Source of the DNA: the human T2T-CHM13v2.0 reference genome, Homo sapiens
DNA: 64,000 nucleotides
Strand: one strand, 5' to 3'
NCBI RefSeq assembly: GCF_009914755.1
Contig: NC_060938.1
Position numbers and translations under genes: made by a program. The notes under the pieces were generated by a model. The model was not told the DNA's origin. It saw only the letters and a program-made list of their open reading frames with translations, and made no database searches. Below are positions 1 to 19,190 of the stretch, one piece after another (the stretch's first letter is position 1; every line of letters begins with the position of its first letter).

Positions 1-720
1 ATAAATAAATGGGGAGAATAGACAAATCTCCCATGCAGAAGAATTCCAAATAATTTACTTGGAGCATAAAGTGATAGAATGTAACTCCCTCCTCAAGTGT
101 GGGCCATACACAGTGATGTCCTTCCAAAGAGCACAGTATGGAAAGGGGTAAGAAAGAGCAACTTTACAGTGGTAAAATCTGACAAACATGGCCTCAGTCA
201 AGTGATCAAGGTTGACGTCAACAGTAGTAAGTCACGTTGACAGTATGAACCTTGATATGGTGTGAGGAGAAATGGCATGCTACCTATGGCGTCTTCTTCC
301 CAAAAATGTATAACCTCAGTGTAATCATGAGGACATCATCAGACAAATCCCAATTGAGGGAAATTCTACAAAATACTGAAAGGGAGCTCTTTAAACTGTT
401 AAGGTCATCAAAAACAAGGAAACTCTGAGAAATTGTTACAACCAAAAGGAGTCTAAAAAGACAGGATTAAATGTAATGTGGTATCCTGGCTAGAATTCTG
501 GAACAAAAAAAAAATTAGGTAAAATTGAAGTAAATCTAATAAAGTATGAACTTTAGTTAATAACAATGTATCGATATTGGTCCATTAACTATGGCATGTG
601 CTGCTGTAAGAAGTTAATAAGAAGCCACACTGGATAGGGATTTATGAGAACTCTGTGTACTCTCTTCACAACCTGCCCACAAATCCAAACTATTCCAAAA
701 TTAAATTTCTTCTTTTAAAA
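1..720 (+). mobile_element. Ancient L1 3' end (L1MC/L1MD-type), runs off left edge
   Basis: Resembles L1MC/MD 3'UTR consensus blocks: cccaattgagggaaattctacaaaatact...aaggtcatcaaaaacaaggaaactctgagaaa...aataaagtatgaactttagttaataacaatgtatc. Confidence 0.75.
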
Positions 721-849
721 CTAAGTTTCATATGACTTGATTTTTGTTAAGGGAGGATTACAATTTTATGTATAGCTGTGTCATTATAGATATAGCTATA
801 GACATGGATATAGATATATAGATATATAGAAATATAGAAAAGCATTTAG

Positions 850-1000
850 CTGTGCTGTCTAATACACAGCCATTACCTAGATATAGCTATTGAACACTTG
901 GATTGTGGCTAATCCAAATTGAGAAGTGCTGTAAGTGTGAAATGTACAACAGATTTCAAAGATGTAATATGAAGAAAAGAATATAAACAATATCATTAAT
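850..1000 (+). mobile_element. MER33 (hAT-Charlie DNA transposon), first half
   Basis: ctgtgctgtctaata...gctattgaacacttgga...gtgctgtaagtgtgaaa...gatttcaaagat...atatcattaat matches the first half of MER33. Confidence 0.75.
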
Positions 1001-1006
1001 GTTGTG

Positions 1007-1168
1007 TTTTGAGACAGGGTCTCATTCTTTTGTCCAGGCTGAAGTGAAGTAGTGCGATCACAGATCACTACAGCCTCGACCTCCCAGGCTCAAGCAATCC
1101 TCCCACCTCAGTCTCCCAAGTAGATGGAACTAAAAGTGTGCACTGCCACACCTAATTTTTCCATTTTT
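1007..1168 (-). mobile_element. AluJ right arm plus A-rich linker (Alu split by L1)
   Basis: ttttgagacagggtctc...cagcctcgacctcccaggctcaagcaatcctcccacctcag, AluJ-type diagnostic positions; stops in the middle linker. Confidence 0.85.
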
Positions 1169-1890
1169 ATTTATTTTTTATTTCTAGGTTTACTCAAAAA
1201 CATTATTACTCAATTCATAAAATAGTAATTCAGTTAGCTGGTGCCTAAAGACTGAAAAAATTGTAATTTTCCAGGCATTTACAGTTTGGGGAACAAAAAA
1301 CATGAGACCTACTTGAAAAAATAGAGGCTAATAAATAATTAAGGATAAGGCTCTAAAAAATAACAGTATTGCAAGCTATTTTTAAAGAGAAAAATTTGAT
1401 AGCAAAATGTTTCTCTGACTTTGTAAATGCACAAGAAAGATCAACAGTTTTATCACTTGCAGAAAAGGCAATTAATGTAATAGAAAATGTGATGATAAAC
1501 TTCTAAGAAACTAAGTGCTTATGTCTATTTAACAATAGAAGTTTTACCTATTACCATTTACTATTCATGTGTCGACAGCAATCCCCTTCTCTCCCAACTA
1601 GGCCTTTCACAATTATGGAATATAGACATAAAATATTATTCCTAGATACATTTTACAAAATAAAAATGAGTAAATGGAAAAAAGGCAAGTTAAAGTAGTT
1701 ATATATATATATTGAAAAGTGGGTGAATAAACTGAATTACTTTCACTAAAATGACTATACAATAGTTAATGTATTTCTTATTTATACAAGGGGAAAACTG
1801 GATATAATATATCTTTAACATTACACAGTCATAGAAAAATGTTAACTTTAACCTGATAAAATCCTTTCCCCACATGTTTTACACTTTGGA

Positions 1891-6940
<5,050 letters not shown>

Positions 6941-6949
6941 TCCATTTTT

Positions 6950-6984
6950 TGTGGGGACAGAATCTTACTATGGTGCTCAGGCTG
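6950..6984 (-). mobile_element. AluJ left-arm remnant (continuation of 1007-1168)
   Basis: tgtggggacagaatcttactatggtgctcaggctg resembles tgtagagacggggtctcactatgttgcccaggctg. Confidence 0.7.
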
Positions 6985-7129
6985 ACTGTATGTTGAAATG
7001 ACAATATTTTAGGTATATTGGGTTAAGTGAAAATAATTTTATATATTTATTTATGATTTCCTTTAATGTAGTCACTAAACATTGTTAAATTATATATGTG
7101 GTTCATATTGTATTTCTACTGATAGCAGT
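6985..7129 (+). mobile_element. MER33 second half
   Basis: tatgttgaaatgacaatattttaggtatattgggttaa...tatatgtggttcatattgtatttcta resumes MER33 where the 850-1000 piece stopped. Confidence 0.75.
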
Positions 7130-7344
7130 TGTTTAAAAGGATAGACATGAGAATGTTAACAATAGCTATTCCTAGTAGTAAAGTGTAATTTTTAGCTTTT
7201 CTTTTTTCTAATTTTTCTTGAATAAATATGTGTTCCTTGTGTAATTTTAAAAGTAATAAAGGTAAAAATACACAATGAACTACTGCTGTGAAATATACCA
7301 CTAACAGAAGTACTAAGCAGAAATGTCAAGTCTTAGAGTCCTAA

Positions 7345-8545
7345 TTATTTATTCATTTAAATACATATATATTAAGTGTCTCATGTGCAAGGCATTTGGA
7401 CAGTTGCTAGGAAAATAAACACAAAAAAAGATGAGCTATAATTATTTTCTTCAAGGGGTTCACAGTCCATTTTGGAAGTTAGGCTCATGAATAGAATATT
7501 AGAGTACAATGCGGTCAGTGATACTATGGTGATTTGTATTAACTCTCCTCCCCTTCTGCTTTAAATGTTGCTGTTTTTCTGGCTCTAACCTTAGTCTACT
7601 TCTCTGCCCACAACACAATTGCAACTAACACCTATATACTAATGGCTATGGCTTTAACTTTGACTTTGCTTCAGATCTCTACATCCAACTGTCTTTTGGT
7701 CAGATGGCCATTGGGCAACCTAAACTGTATGCCTAAAACCCATCATCTCTTCACCTCCCCTGCTCCAGACTCTTCTACCTCCGTAATTCTTGTCTTTGTT
7801 AATGATGCCACCATTTAACCAGTTGCCTCATGACTCTGTAAAAAGGAAATTTAGTTACTTTACTTCACTTCTCAAAATTCTTCAGGCTTGGCAGTGCACA
7901 AGCCTACATATGCCCTTAGCTACCAATCCAACTTCATCTCCTGGAACACTTCTCATCAGCATTGACACTCTAGAAATACCAAACTACCAAACTCAGGAAA
8001 CATCACAAGTTATCACTTCTCTTCCTTTCATTGTTGCGTGTGTCCTTCCCTCTGCTTGAAGTGTCCAACCTCATCACCACCTCTTCTTCATGGTTCCTAG
8101 ACATTCCTCTCTGATACCTCCCTTGATCTTCCAGGCAAATTAGGCTCTCTTCTCTCTGGCTCCCCTTGAACTTTGTACATACCTCCAACATAGTGATTTT
8201 CCCATTATATTATAATACCAGCTTTCTGTATGATACTCTATTCCCTAAGGACAGAGATTGTATCTCATTAACCTTGGTATCCTCAGCGTCACACGGAATG
8301 TGACAGACAGAAAACTTTCAAGTTTACTGAATATTTCCTATCTTTCTTTACCTTTTCCACTCTATTGTGGTCACTCTTACCCTAGAATAATGTAGATGTT
8401 CCTTGAATACCAACCAGGCTTCACTTCTGGGTCTTTGTTCTTGAATGGCCTTACCCCAGATGGTTCCCTCTGATAAACCAATTAGTCACTGCTCAGAAGT
8501 CACCTCATCAGAGAGGTTTTTCCTTCAATCCTGTATAATATAGTG
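7345..8545. mobile_element. L2 LINE fragments (minus ~7345-7520; plus ~7560-8545)
   Basis: L2-like blocks: catccaactgtc, gctcagaagtcacctcatcagagagg, 3' end ...gtttactgaat. Confidence 0.6.
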
Positions 8546-8548
8546 CCT

Positions 8549-10602
<2,054 letters not shown>

Positions 10603-10668
<66 letters not shown>
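10603..10668. repeat. (TA)n(GT)n compound microsatellite at L1 tail
   Basis: Directly visible. Confidence 0.95.
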
Positions 10669-10670
<2 letters not shown>

Positions 10671-10869
10671 TTAAAAAAAGATACTTTCCTAATTAAAGAT
10701 AGTTTCCTACCTTGAAAAATCTCTAATGCCAGCTACTAAAGTAACAATTTCTCACTTATCCACAGGGGTTATTTCTGGCCAGTGAGATGATGAATGACTG
10801 TTTTATGTTAATTTTTAATTTTATAGTATTCTCATGGGATTAAAATAATTCCGCTAACCACAAAAAAAA

Positions 10870-11545
10870 AAAAATCAGGAAACAACAGATGCTGGAGAGA
10901 ATGTGGAGAAACAGGAACAGTTTTACACTGTTGGTGGGAGTGTAAATTAGTTCAACCATTGTGGAAGACGGTGTGGCAATTCTTCAAGGATCTAGAACCA
11001 GAAATACCATTTGACCCAGTAATCCCATTATTGGGTAGATATCCAAAGGATTATAAATCATTGTACTATAAAGACACATGCACGCGTAAGTTTATTACAG
11101 CACTATTCACAATAGCAAAGACTTGGAACCAACTCAAATGCCCATCAGTGATAGACTGGATAAAGATAATGTGCCATATATACATCATGGAATACTATGC
11201 AGCCATAAAAAGGAATGAGTTAATGTCCTTTGCAGGGACATGGATGAAGCTGGAAACCATCATTCTCAGCAAACTAACACAAGAACAGAAAACCAAACAC
11301 CACATGTTCTCACTCATAAGTGAGAGTTGAACAATGAGAATATATTGGCACACGGAGGGAATATCACACACCAGGGCCTGTCGGGGGGTTGGGGGCTGGG
11401 GAGGGATAGCATTAGGAGAAATACCTAATGTAGACAAGGGGTTGATGGGTGCAGCAAACCACCGTGGCACACCTATACCTATGTAACAAACCTGCATGTT
11501 CTGCACATGTATCCAATAACAAAGTATAATATAAAAATAAATTAA
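10870..11545 (+). mobile_element. Second L1PA7/8-like 3' fragment
   Basis: ORF2 C-terminus (WKTVWQFFKDLEPEIPFDP...HMFSLIS), 3'UTR with G-rich tract, A-rich tail. Confidence 0.92.
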
Positions 11546-11737
11546 AATTTATATTTTATATATATTGAAATTATTTATATATTTTGAAATATATTATATA
11601 TATTTATATATAAATATATATTATATATATATATATAAATATATATTATATATATTTATATATAATATATATAATATATATTTATATATAAATATATATT
11701 ATATATATTTATATATAAAATATATATTTTATATATT
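11546..11737. repeat. Interrupted (TA)n, almost pure A/T low-complexity tract
   Basis: ~190 bp almost entirely A/T. Confidence 0.95.
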
Positions 11738-11758
11738 CCACCAGAATATAAGCATCAA

Positions 11759-12726
11759 CTGGGATCTAATTAAACTAAAAACTTCTGCACAGCCAAAGAA
11801 ATAATCAGCAGAGTAAACAGACAACCCACAGAGTGGGAGAAAATATTTACAAACTATGCATCTGACAAAGGACTAACATCCAAAATCTACAGGGAACTCA
11901 AACAAATCAGCAAGAAAAAACAAATAATTCCAACCAAAAGTGGGTTAAGGACATGAATAGACAATTCTCAAAAGAAGATATACAAATGGCCAACAAACAT
12001 ATGAAAAAAAATGCTCAATATAACTAATTATCAGGGAAATGCAAATCAAAACCATAATGTGATACCACCTTACTCCTCCTACAATATGGCTATAATTTTT
12101 TTAAAAATCCAAAAATCAAAGATGTTGGCATGGATGTGGTGAAAGAGAACAATTTTACACTGTTGGTGGGAATGGAAACCTATGGAAAACAGTGTGGAGA
12201 TTCCTCAAAGAACTAAAAGTAGATCTACCATTTGATCCAGCAAGCCTGCTCCTCAGTATCTACCCAGAGGAAAACAGGTCATTATACAAAAAATACACTT
12301 GTGCATGCATGTTTATAGCAGCACAATTCACAACTGCAAAAATATGGGACCAGCCTAAATGCCCATCAACCAACGAGTGGATAAAGAAAATGTATACACA
12401 TATATACCATGGAATACTACTCAGCCATAAAAAAGAATGAAATAATGGCATTCACAGCAACCTGGATGAAGCTGGAGACCATCATTCTAAGTGAATTAAC
12501 TCAGGAATGGAAAACCAAATATTGTATATTCTCACCTATAAAAGTGGGATTTAAGCTATGAGGATACAAAGGCATAAAAATGATATAATGGACTCTGGAG
12601 ACTCAGGGGAGAACGGGTGCACCAAAATCTCAGAAATCACCCTAAAGAATGGACCCATGTAACAAAAACCTCTTGTTCCCCCAAAAATTATTGAACTAAA
12701 ATAAAATAAAAGTCATTTTTTATAAA
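11759..12726 (+). mobile_element. L1PB-type 3' fragment with TSD
   Basis: ORF2 end ([15 protein letters not shown]), L1PB 3'UTR caccaaaatctcagaaatcacc; TSD agaatataagcatcaa 11743-11758 / agaatctaagtatcaa 12727-12742. Confidence 0.88.
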
Positions 12727-13600
12727 AGAATCTAAGTATCAAAAAGCCCAGGACTTTGTCTGAATTATTCAACAAATGAATAAAGATCTGATACATGTAT
12801 AAATAAGTAAATGATGTTATTTATCACCTAAATATGACACTGTCTCTCTGACTTTAATTTTCCTTTCATCTGCTTATTTTTCTTCCCAAGCCATGAATAT
12901 GGGACAAAAAAAAGGGATTAAGACACAAACACCAAGAATTGGCAAGTATAATGAGGCTGAACTTGAAAAATAACAATAGTTCAGGTAACCATATATTAAA
13001 TTTGTCTCAAGAATTTATTTTATTTTCTCATTCATTTATTCAACAAATATTTACATCACGCCTATTATGAGTTCTTTTTGAAAATGCAATAACTGTCTCT
13101 TACATTTGTACCATTGTTTATAGTTTACAAGGTCCTTTCTGATACTTATTTTAACGTATCCTCATAAACAATTCTTTGAGGTAAGCAGGTCTTATGAGGA
13201 ATGAGTCTTATGAGGAATGAGTTACCAGATTAAGGATCATTGGGTTGTAAAAATCTTGAGCTAGAAAGCATTCCATCGTTTTATTGTTGATACAACTATA
13301 TACAGAAGCCCATTATCAATCTATTTATTTCACCACAGAGAGCTATAATACACCCATTGACCATCAGTACCAGTATATTAATTTTCACTTCTGGGATTTC
13401 CAGCCTACTCTTAGCTTCAATGTTAGTGTGAATATTTCATGGTAGAATGCACAAACTTTGAGGAAGGTGCAATGCTTTCCCTGTTTCTTCCACTTATGTT
13501 CAGGTTCTGCACATACTGTATGTTCTCCATAAATATTTATTGGTGAAGAGAACAGTTATTAATGTAAGAATCTCTCTATTCAGAAAATATCCAAGGAAAC

Positions 13601-13735
13601 TGTGATAGCTGCTGGTTTCCAAAGATGGTCTTCCAATGAACTATGTCTCTCAGTATTCGGAATTTTGCATAATTCCTTCCCCTTGATCTGGACTGGCTCT
13701 GTGACTTGATTATAACCAACAGAACATGGTGGTGG
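13601..13735 (+). mobile_element. MaLR LTR 5' fragment (MLT1F/G-like)
   Basis: tgtgatagc...ccaaagatgg...ctggctctgtgacttg...accaacagaacatgg. Confidence 0.6.
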
Positions 13736-16190
13736 GTTAAGCAATACTCATTTCATAGGGGGCATTTCTGGTCACATGATACTTAATGGTCCATGGTCAA
13801 ATACTAGGATCCAGCAAAGAGCCAAGAGCTGTTTCTCAAAAAAAAAAAAAAAAAAAAAGAAAAAGAAAAAGAAAAAAAAAGAAAAAAGAAAAAAAAAGTT
13901 ATCTGCAGAGTATGGCATGGCTTTGCTCCCAGATTCTAAAAGTCTGTTCTGGAATTTACCTAAGAGGCCTGCCAAAAGCTCAATAGGCACTTTAAGCACC
14001 ACTGAATCAGATGTGTCATATGACCAAAGTGGCAGGGAAGCTTGCCACCCTCTCACAAGGGCTTGTCTTTCGCCAGGCCTTATTCAAAACTGGAAGCCTT
14101 TCAGATTACTCATTCAGCAAATAGGTTTAGACTATAACAACACACCCAAATAAGATATGTTGCCTCCAAAATCCAATGAGGCACACCAGAAATTGGGACT
14201 CTTTCTTTATGGTAGGAGAGACCAGATGTAGCATTGAACTTCACCTTGAAAGAGATATCTCAACTTTCCCCAGACCATGAAACCCCAAGAAAGTTCCTGA
14301 AGGAGCAAACTTCTAAATTTTTCTGGGATTTATTTCACAACCTCTTGCCTCTATGGGTCTTACCAAGGTGTCTAAAGTAGTTGCGATTTCCTGGTCCACC
14401 AGTGTAGAGGATCCATGTGGTGTGTTGTGAAATGAAGAGGCAATCAATTTCCTGTGGAATAGAATAGGCCAGGGTTGGAGAGTTGATATAACCCTGAGGT
14501 GAAACAAGGAGGGTACCTTGTTTCACCCTTCCAGATGAAAGAAAAATGCTTCTGATAGTCTCTACTAACATGTATATAGAGGAAAAAATGACTTCCCATA
14601 TCAGTATTCATATATTAGATGTACATATATTGATTTACTATAGCAATGAAACCACATCTGGAACAGCAGCTGTGATTGTACTCACCACCTGATTAAGTTT
14701 ACAATAATCCTTTGTCATTCTTCAAGATCCATCTGTCTTCTGCACAGGCCAGATAGTTGAGTTGAATGGAGGTGTGGTGAAAATCACCAGCCCTGCATCT
14801 TTTAAATCTTTTATAGAGGCACTAATCTCTACAAGTCTCTACAGAATGCAGTGCTGCTGTGGATTTACTAGTTTGGAATACAAAGGCAGTTCTAATGCCT
14901 TCTACTTGTCCTCACTCCTCAGATCAGATAATCAATGTAGTTATTCTGCCTTTCCTGAGTGTGCCTCCTTCAGTTAAGCATTCTAGAACTTGGGAAATAA
15001 CCATGGGGTAAGTTCAGAGCTAACTGGATGCAATATGAGATGGACCTGAGCCAAAATACCATTAATCATTCAGCTTCAATAAACCCCTACTCTGGTAAAT
15101 AGGCAATAGTAGCATATTGTGTCTCCAAGGACTGGTATCATTTCAGAGCCAATGTCCAGAAATCCCCCAAAGGTCTGGTTATTTACCCTTCCCAAATGCA
15201 CTATGACCTTGGCAAATGGCTTTAGGTCTTTTCAGGGAAGGAAAGAAAGAGAAATTACAGTCTAAACTTTTGGAATGTAAATATAAATTAGAAAAAATCC
15301 TGCAGTCCTTTTGGCAGGCAGGGTACCTCATCATTTTGTTCCTGCCCTGATATGGGTTGCCAGGAGTTGAGTCTAGCTATAGGCATACAAACAGTGAAAG
15401 ATGTTGGGGGTGAGTCTTGAGGGGTCTCAGCAATTTTCCACAGAGTAAGTCCTTACAGCCTTTTCAATCAAGGGAGGACTAAACTCCTCAGAGGGAAAGG
15501 CTGCTTCTGCTGGGAAAGGAGACAGGGCTTTCAAGGTTCTCAGCTTCCAAAGAATCTGCCTACATGTTGCCATCTCAATTTTCAGGGGAGGAAAGAAGGA
15601 GAAATTACAGTCTAAACTTTTGGAATGTAAATATAAATTAGAAAAATCCTGCAGCCCTTTTGGCAGGCATGGTACCTCATCATTTTGTTCCTGCCCTGAT
15701 ACAGCCTGCCAGCTCTGTCCCAATCAAAGCCCTAATTTTAACTGTAAGACCTTCAATTGAATTGATGTTCTAATCTAGCTAGCTGCAGGATCAGTCTTTG
15801 GGCTTGGTTTTTTGAAATATCAGATCTTGCAGCTATGAGAGATAAGAGTTTCTTTCAGAGTAGTCACAAAGACTTTTCAGTCCCTTGCCTGCATCTTGAA
15901 CTGAACATTCAACACTCTGAGTTTATTTCTTTTTCTCCATATTCTCTGTGACACTTTGAAGCAACCCACAAACTCCAGTCCTCATACTCCTTACTTCCAC
16001 TACATTGGTCTATGGCAGCATCTACCTGGTAATCTAACACCTTGCCTTCTATAAGCACTTGATATCAAGGACTACTGTGTCCCATTTACCATTGGCAGTA
16101 TAGTCACTAATGCTTCATCGAATCAGAGAATCAACACCAAATTCCCATCCTTAAAATTCTATCTCTGGATTCACTTCCAACACCAATAGT
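13736..16190 (-). mobile_element. ERVL (HERV-L-like) internal region: gag/pro/RT/RNaseH remnants with deletions, 3'-truncated
   Basis: Minus-strand remnants [33 protein letters not shown]; collinear with HERV-L gag-pol. Confidence 0.85.
16168..16185 (-). other. Retroviral primer-binding site, tRNA-Leu-like
   Basis: Minus strand tggtgttggaagtgaatc just inside the LTR, resembling ERVL PBS tggtgtcagaagtgggat. Confidence 0.6.
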
Positions 16191-16822
16191 TGTGTCAGTT
16201 AAGAGTCAGTCAGGGAAGCAGAACCACTGTGAATGATACAGAATATAGGAATAGTGGATTCGTTGTGGAATCAGACCTTACAAATGTGAGAGAAGCTAGA
16301 GAAGGAAAGGTCTGGAAGAAGGAGTCAGAAGATCAGAAAAAGGGTCATTAACCTGTCTATCTTATGCAGTAGCACAGATGGACCAGACAGGCTGGGGCTT
16401 GGGGGAAATCTAGGAAGCTAAACACTTTCAACCACCAAAGTGGGACTGTGAAGGGGAGCTCATGAAGAACTGTATGGAGAGTGGTTACCTGTCTGTAGCA
16501 ACCACTTCTGTGGGTCCACAGCCAAGTAGTTGGTGATGGGTCTCGAGTCACTGTTGTTCAGCAGAGCCAAGAGTCAGAAAGATTCGCTGGATGCAGAGTG
16601 AAGGAAAGCAAGGACTATATGGGACCTACCAAGCATCTCTCCCTCTGTCCATCACTGTATGTGACCACAGTGACTTCCTAAGAGTAATAGTTACCACTTC
16701 TGTGTTCTAACTCTTTTCCCATTTCATCTCTTAGCCAATGCTAATACAGAGCGATACATGAAAGGGGATTCTGAGAAATGCAGTTGTCTGCTTAAGCAAG
16801 TTGACCAGCATAATCCAGCACA
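16191..16822 (-). mobile_element. 5' LTR of the ERVL provirus (ERVL-class LTR, subfamily uncertain)
   Basis: TG...CA termini; minus strand begins tgtgctggattatgctggtcaacttg...catttctcagaatcccc; abuts the PBS. Confidence 0.7.
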
Positions 16823-17369
16823 ACTTCTAAATCTCAGAAGATAGCAAATGTGGGCAGAAAGAAAAGTACAGATGCTCCACGGGTTCACTGGTGATCTTTA
16901 TGGCTGCAACTGACCTAGGATTTGGGAGATGCTTGGAGAGGGACAGAGGGGCACACAGGAACTTTCCTCTCAAATATGAGGATATCAATCTAGATCTACG
17001 AGGAGTCCTTTTGGAGATAAAAAGAAATTTATAGGAGATGATGAACAAAAGGCCCAATTTCTATATTAGACTGTCTCCCTGAATGAGGGTGAATACCAAG
17101 AGGAGACTGAGCCAAGGCCTCAGCCCTCTGAATTCTAAAATGTAGAGAACTTCATTCTGATCTATTTTATACAAATGGTGCTGGTCTCTCAGACAGTACC
17201 TTTTCCGATGAAAGAAAGAGAGAAACGAAGTAGAAGATTCGTAACCCAGCTCAGTAAAGAGGCTTACCTTTGCTCTTTGCTCACCATCATTCCCCCGCTC
17301 AAAGTCTCAGCTACCTGCCTCTGTGCAATAGCTACACAGTGCTCCTCAAGTATCTGCCTCCTGAACACA

Positions 17370-17518
17370 GAATTATAACTAACAAGTATTTAAAATTTAT
17401 GTATTTGGTGCACATCTTTCAGTATGAGCTTTTTGGCACCAACTCTTACTGAATGCCAATATAAAAGTAAACAATTTGAAATTATTTTAAGTGATTATCA
17501 AAAATAACAGCATAAATT
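17370..17518. repeat. ~150-bp local duplication, copy 1 (copy 2 at 19040-19190)
   Basis: gaattataactaac...tgcacatctttcagtatgagc...aaacaatttgaaattattttaagtgattat...agcataaa. Confidence 0.85.
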
Positions 17519-17880
17519 CTATGATGTGGACTTCAGCCACAGTCCCTTCCAGGGACTCTTCCAGGCAGACCAAAAGAGAAAAGCTGTCTGCAAAAGAAAC
17601 TCAAAGTTCCCAGGACCAATAGCATACTTGAGTCAGATACAGCTCCTTAAAAGACAAGTAATTTTCAGAGGCCCTAGGGTAAACTAAATTAGTTTTAACA
17701 TAATACTATTTAAACATGTAGAAACATAATATGATTTATAAACTCTATATGCTTATTGCTCTTATGCCAACAATTTAAAAATATAAATTAAACATTCACA
17801 AAGCTTCAAAACCACTACAACTTCAATAAATAATTTTAATTTAATGTAATGATAATACTTGGCTAAAACTAAATCACCAG

Positions 17881-18296
17881 GTTTTTTTCTTTCCACCTTT
17901 TATATTAGGTTTAGGTGGTACAGGTGCAGGTTTGTGGAATGGGTAAATATATGTCATGGGGGTTTGACAAGATACAGATTATTTCGTCACCCAAGTAATA
18001 AGCATAGTACCCAATAGGTAATTTTTCAATCTTCACTCTCCTCCTACCTTCCACCCTCAACTGGGCCCTGGTGTCTATTGTTCCCTTCTTTGTGTCCATG
18101 TGTACTCAATGTTTAACTCCCACTTATAAGTAAGAACATGCAGCCTTTGGTTTTCTGTTCCTGCATTAATTCACTTAGGATAAGAACTTCCAGCTCCATC
18201 CATGTTGCTGCAAAGGATGTGACTTTTTTCTTTTTTATGGCTGAGTAGTATTTCATGGTGTATATGTACCACATTTTCTTTATCCAGTTCATCATT
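17881..18296 (-). mobile_element. L1PA14/15-like 3' fragment
   Basis: L1 3'UTR and ORF2 end (WIKKMWYIYTMKYYSAIKK); TSD taa(a/g)tcaccag at 17870-17880 / 18297-18307. Confidence 0.88.
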
Positions 18297-19039
18297 TAAG
18301 TCACCAGTTTTGAGTTTAATAGATGAAAGATATATACGTGGTGCTGGGTTTTGCTTATTAACTTGATTCTTCTCATTTTGTACATAATTTTCATGCTTGT
18401 TTTCCTTTGTTTGAAACAAATTCATATTGAATTGTTAATTAATTCACTTGATGGGCCAATCAATTTACTGTGCACCAATAGTACAATACTGAAAGAAATA
18501 TTTTTAACTTTTAATGAAGCATTCTTTACTATTGCTAATCAACTGTAGTACAGTGATTTATACAAAAGATGAGCTCTACACAGTACAGCCATGTGAATGG
18601 GGAATTTAGCACCAATCATTCATTGAGTTCCCCATGCTTACAGCATCTAACTTGTTATGATTCTATTTTCCAATGACTGTTTTATATTCAAATTACTTGA
18701 CATTATTAGGCCTTCACTTAGTATTAAAGTAACTATTAGTATTAGCAAAGCAGGGCATCAAAATATTGTGACAGTGTTTGCTTATAGTTTTTCAGCCCCA
18801 ACGTGAGTTAGTTGTGTTTTATGAGGGGTATGTACTCCTTATAATTTTGCATAATTTAAGGCTTATGTTTCCGTGGGGAACTGGTTCACAGAGCCCAAAT
18901 ACCTACAACTTTGTAGCACATTTCTGTTTTGATGCCGCTCTTTATTTTCTTAGCATTATCTACAATATTTAGCAACTGCTCTTTTCTAAATTAGTGGTAA
19001 AACACATCAAGGGAGTTGTTTGGCTTTTTCTGTGGGAGT

Positions 19040-19190
19040 GAATTATAGCTAACATCTGTGAAAAGTTATGTATCTGAATGCACATTTTCCAGCATGAGCT
19101 TTAGTACCAACTCCTAATGAATGCTAATATAAAAAGAAGTAAAACAATTTGAAATTATTTAAGTGATTATTAAACATAATAGCATAAAAT
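19040..19190. repeat. ~150-bp local duplication, copy 2
   Basis: gaattatagctaac...tgcacattttccagcatgagc...aaacaatttgaaattatttaagtgattat...agcataaa. Confidence 0.85.

Noticed and set aside
13189-13222. 16-bp tandem duplication (also a 9-bp tandem near 34953-34974 and a 9-bp hairpin at 60208-60230)
   Set aside because: Ordinary slippage or chance-level features
13772-14153. Poly-Lys / poly-Phe ORFs
   Set aside because: Artefacts of an expanded A-rich run (13838-13896) inside decayed ERVL pol; no TSD seen around the run
17370-17518. Duplicated element as a snoRNA or miRNA
   Set aside because: No convincing C/D or H/ACA boxes and no long hairpin
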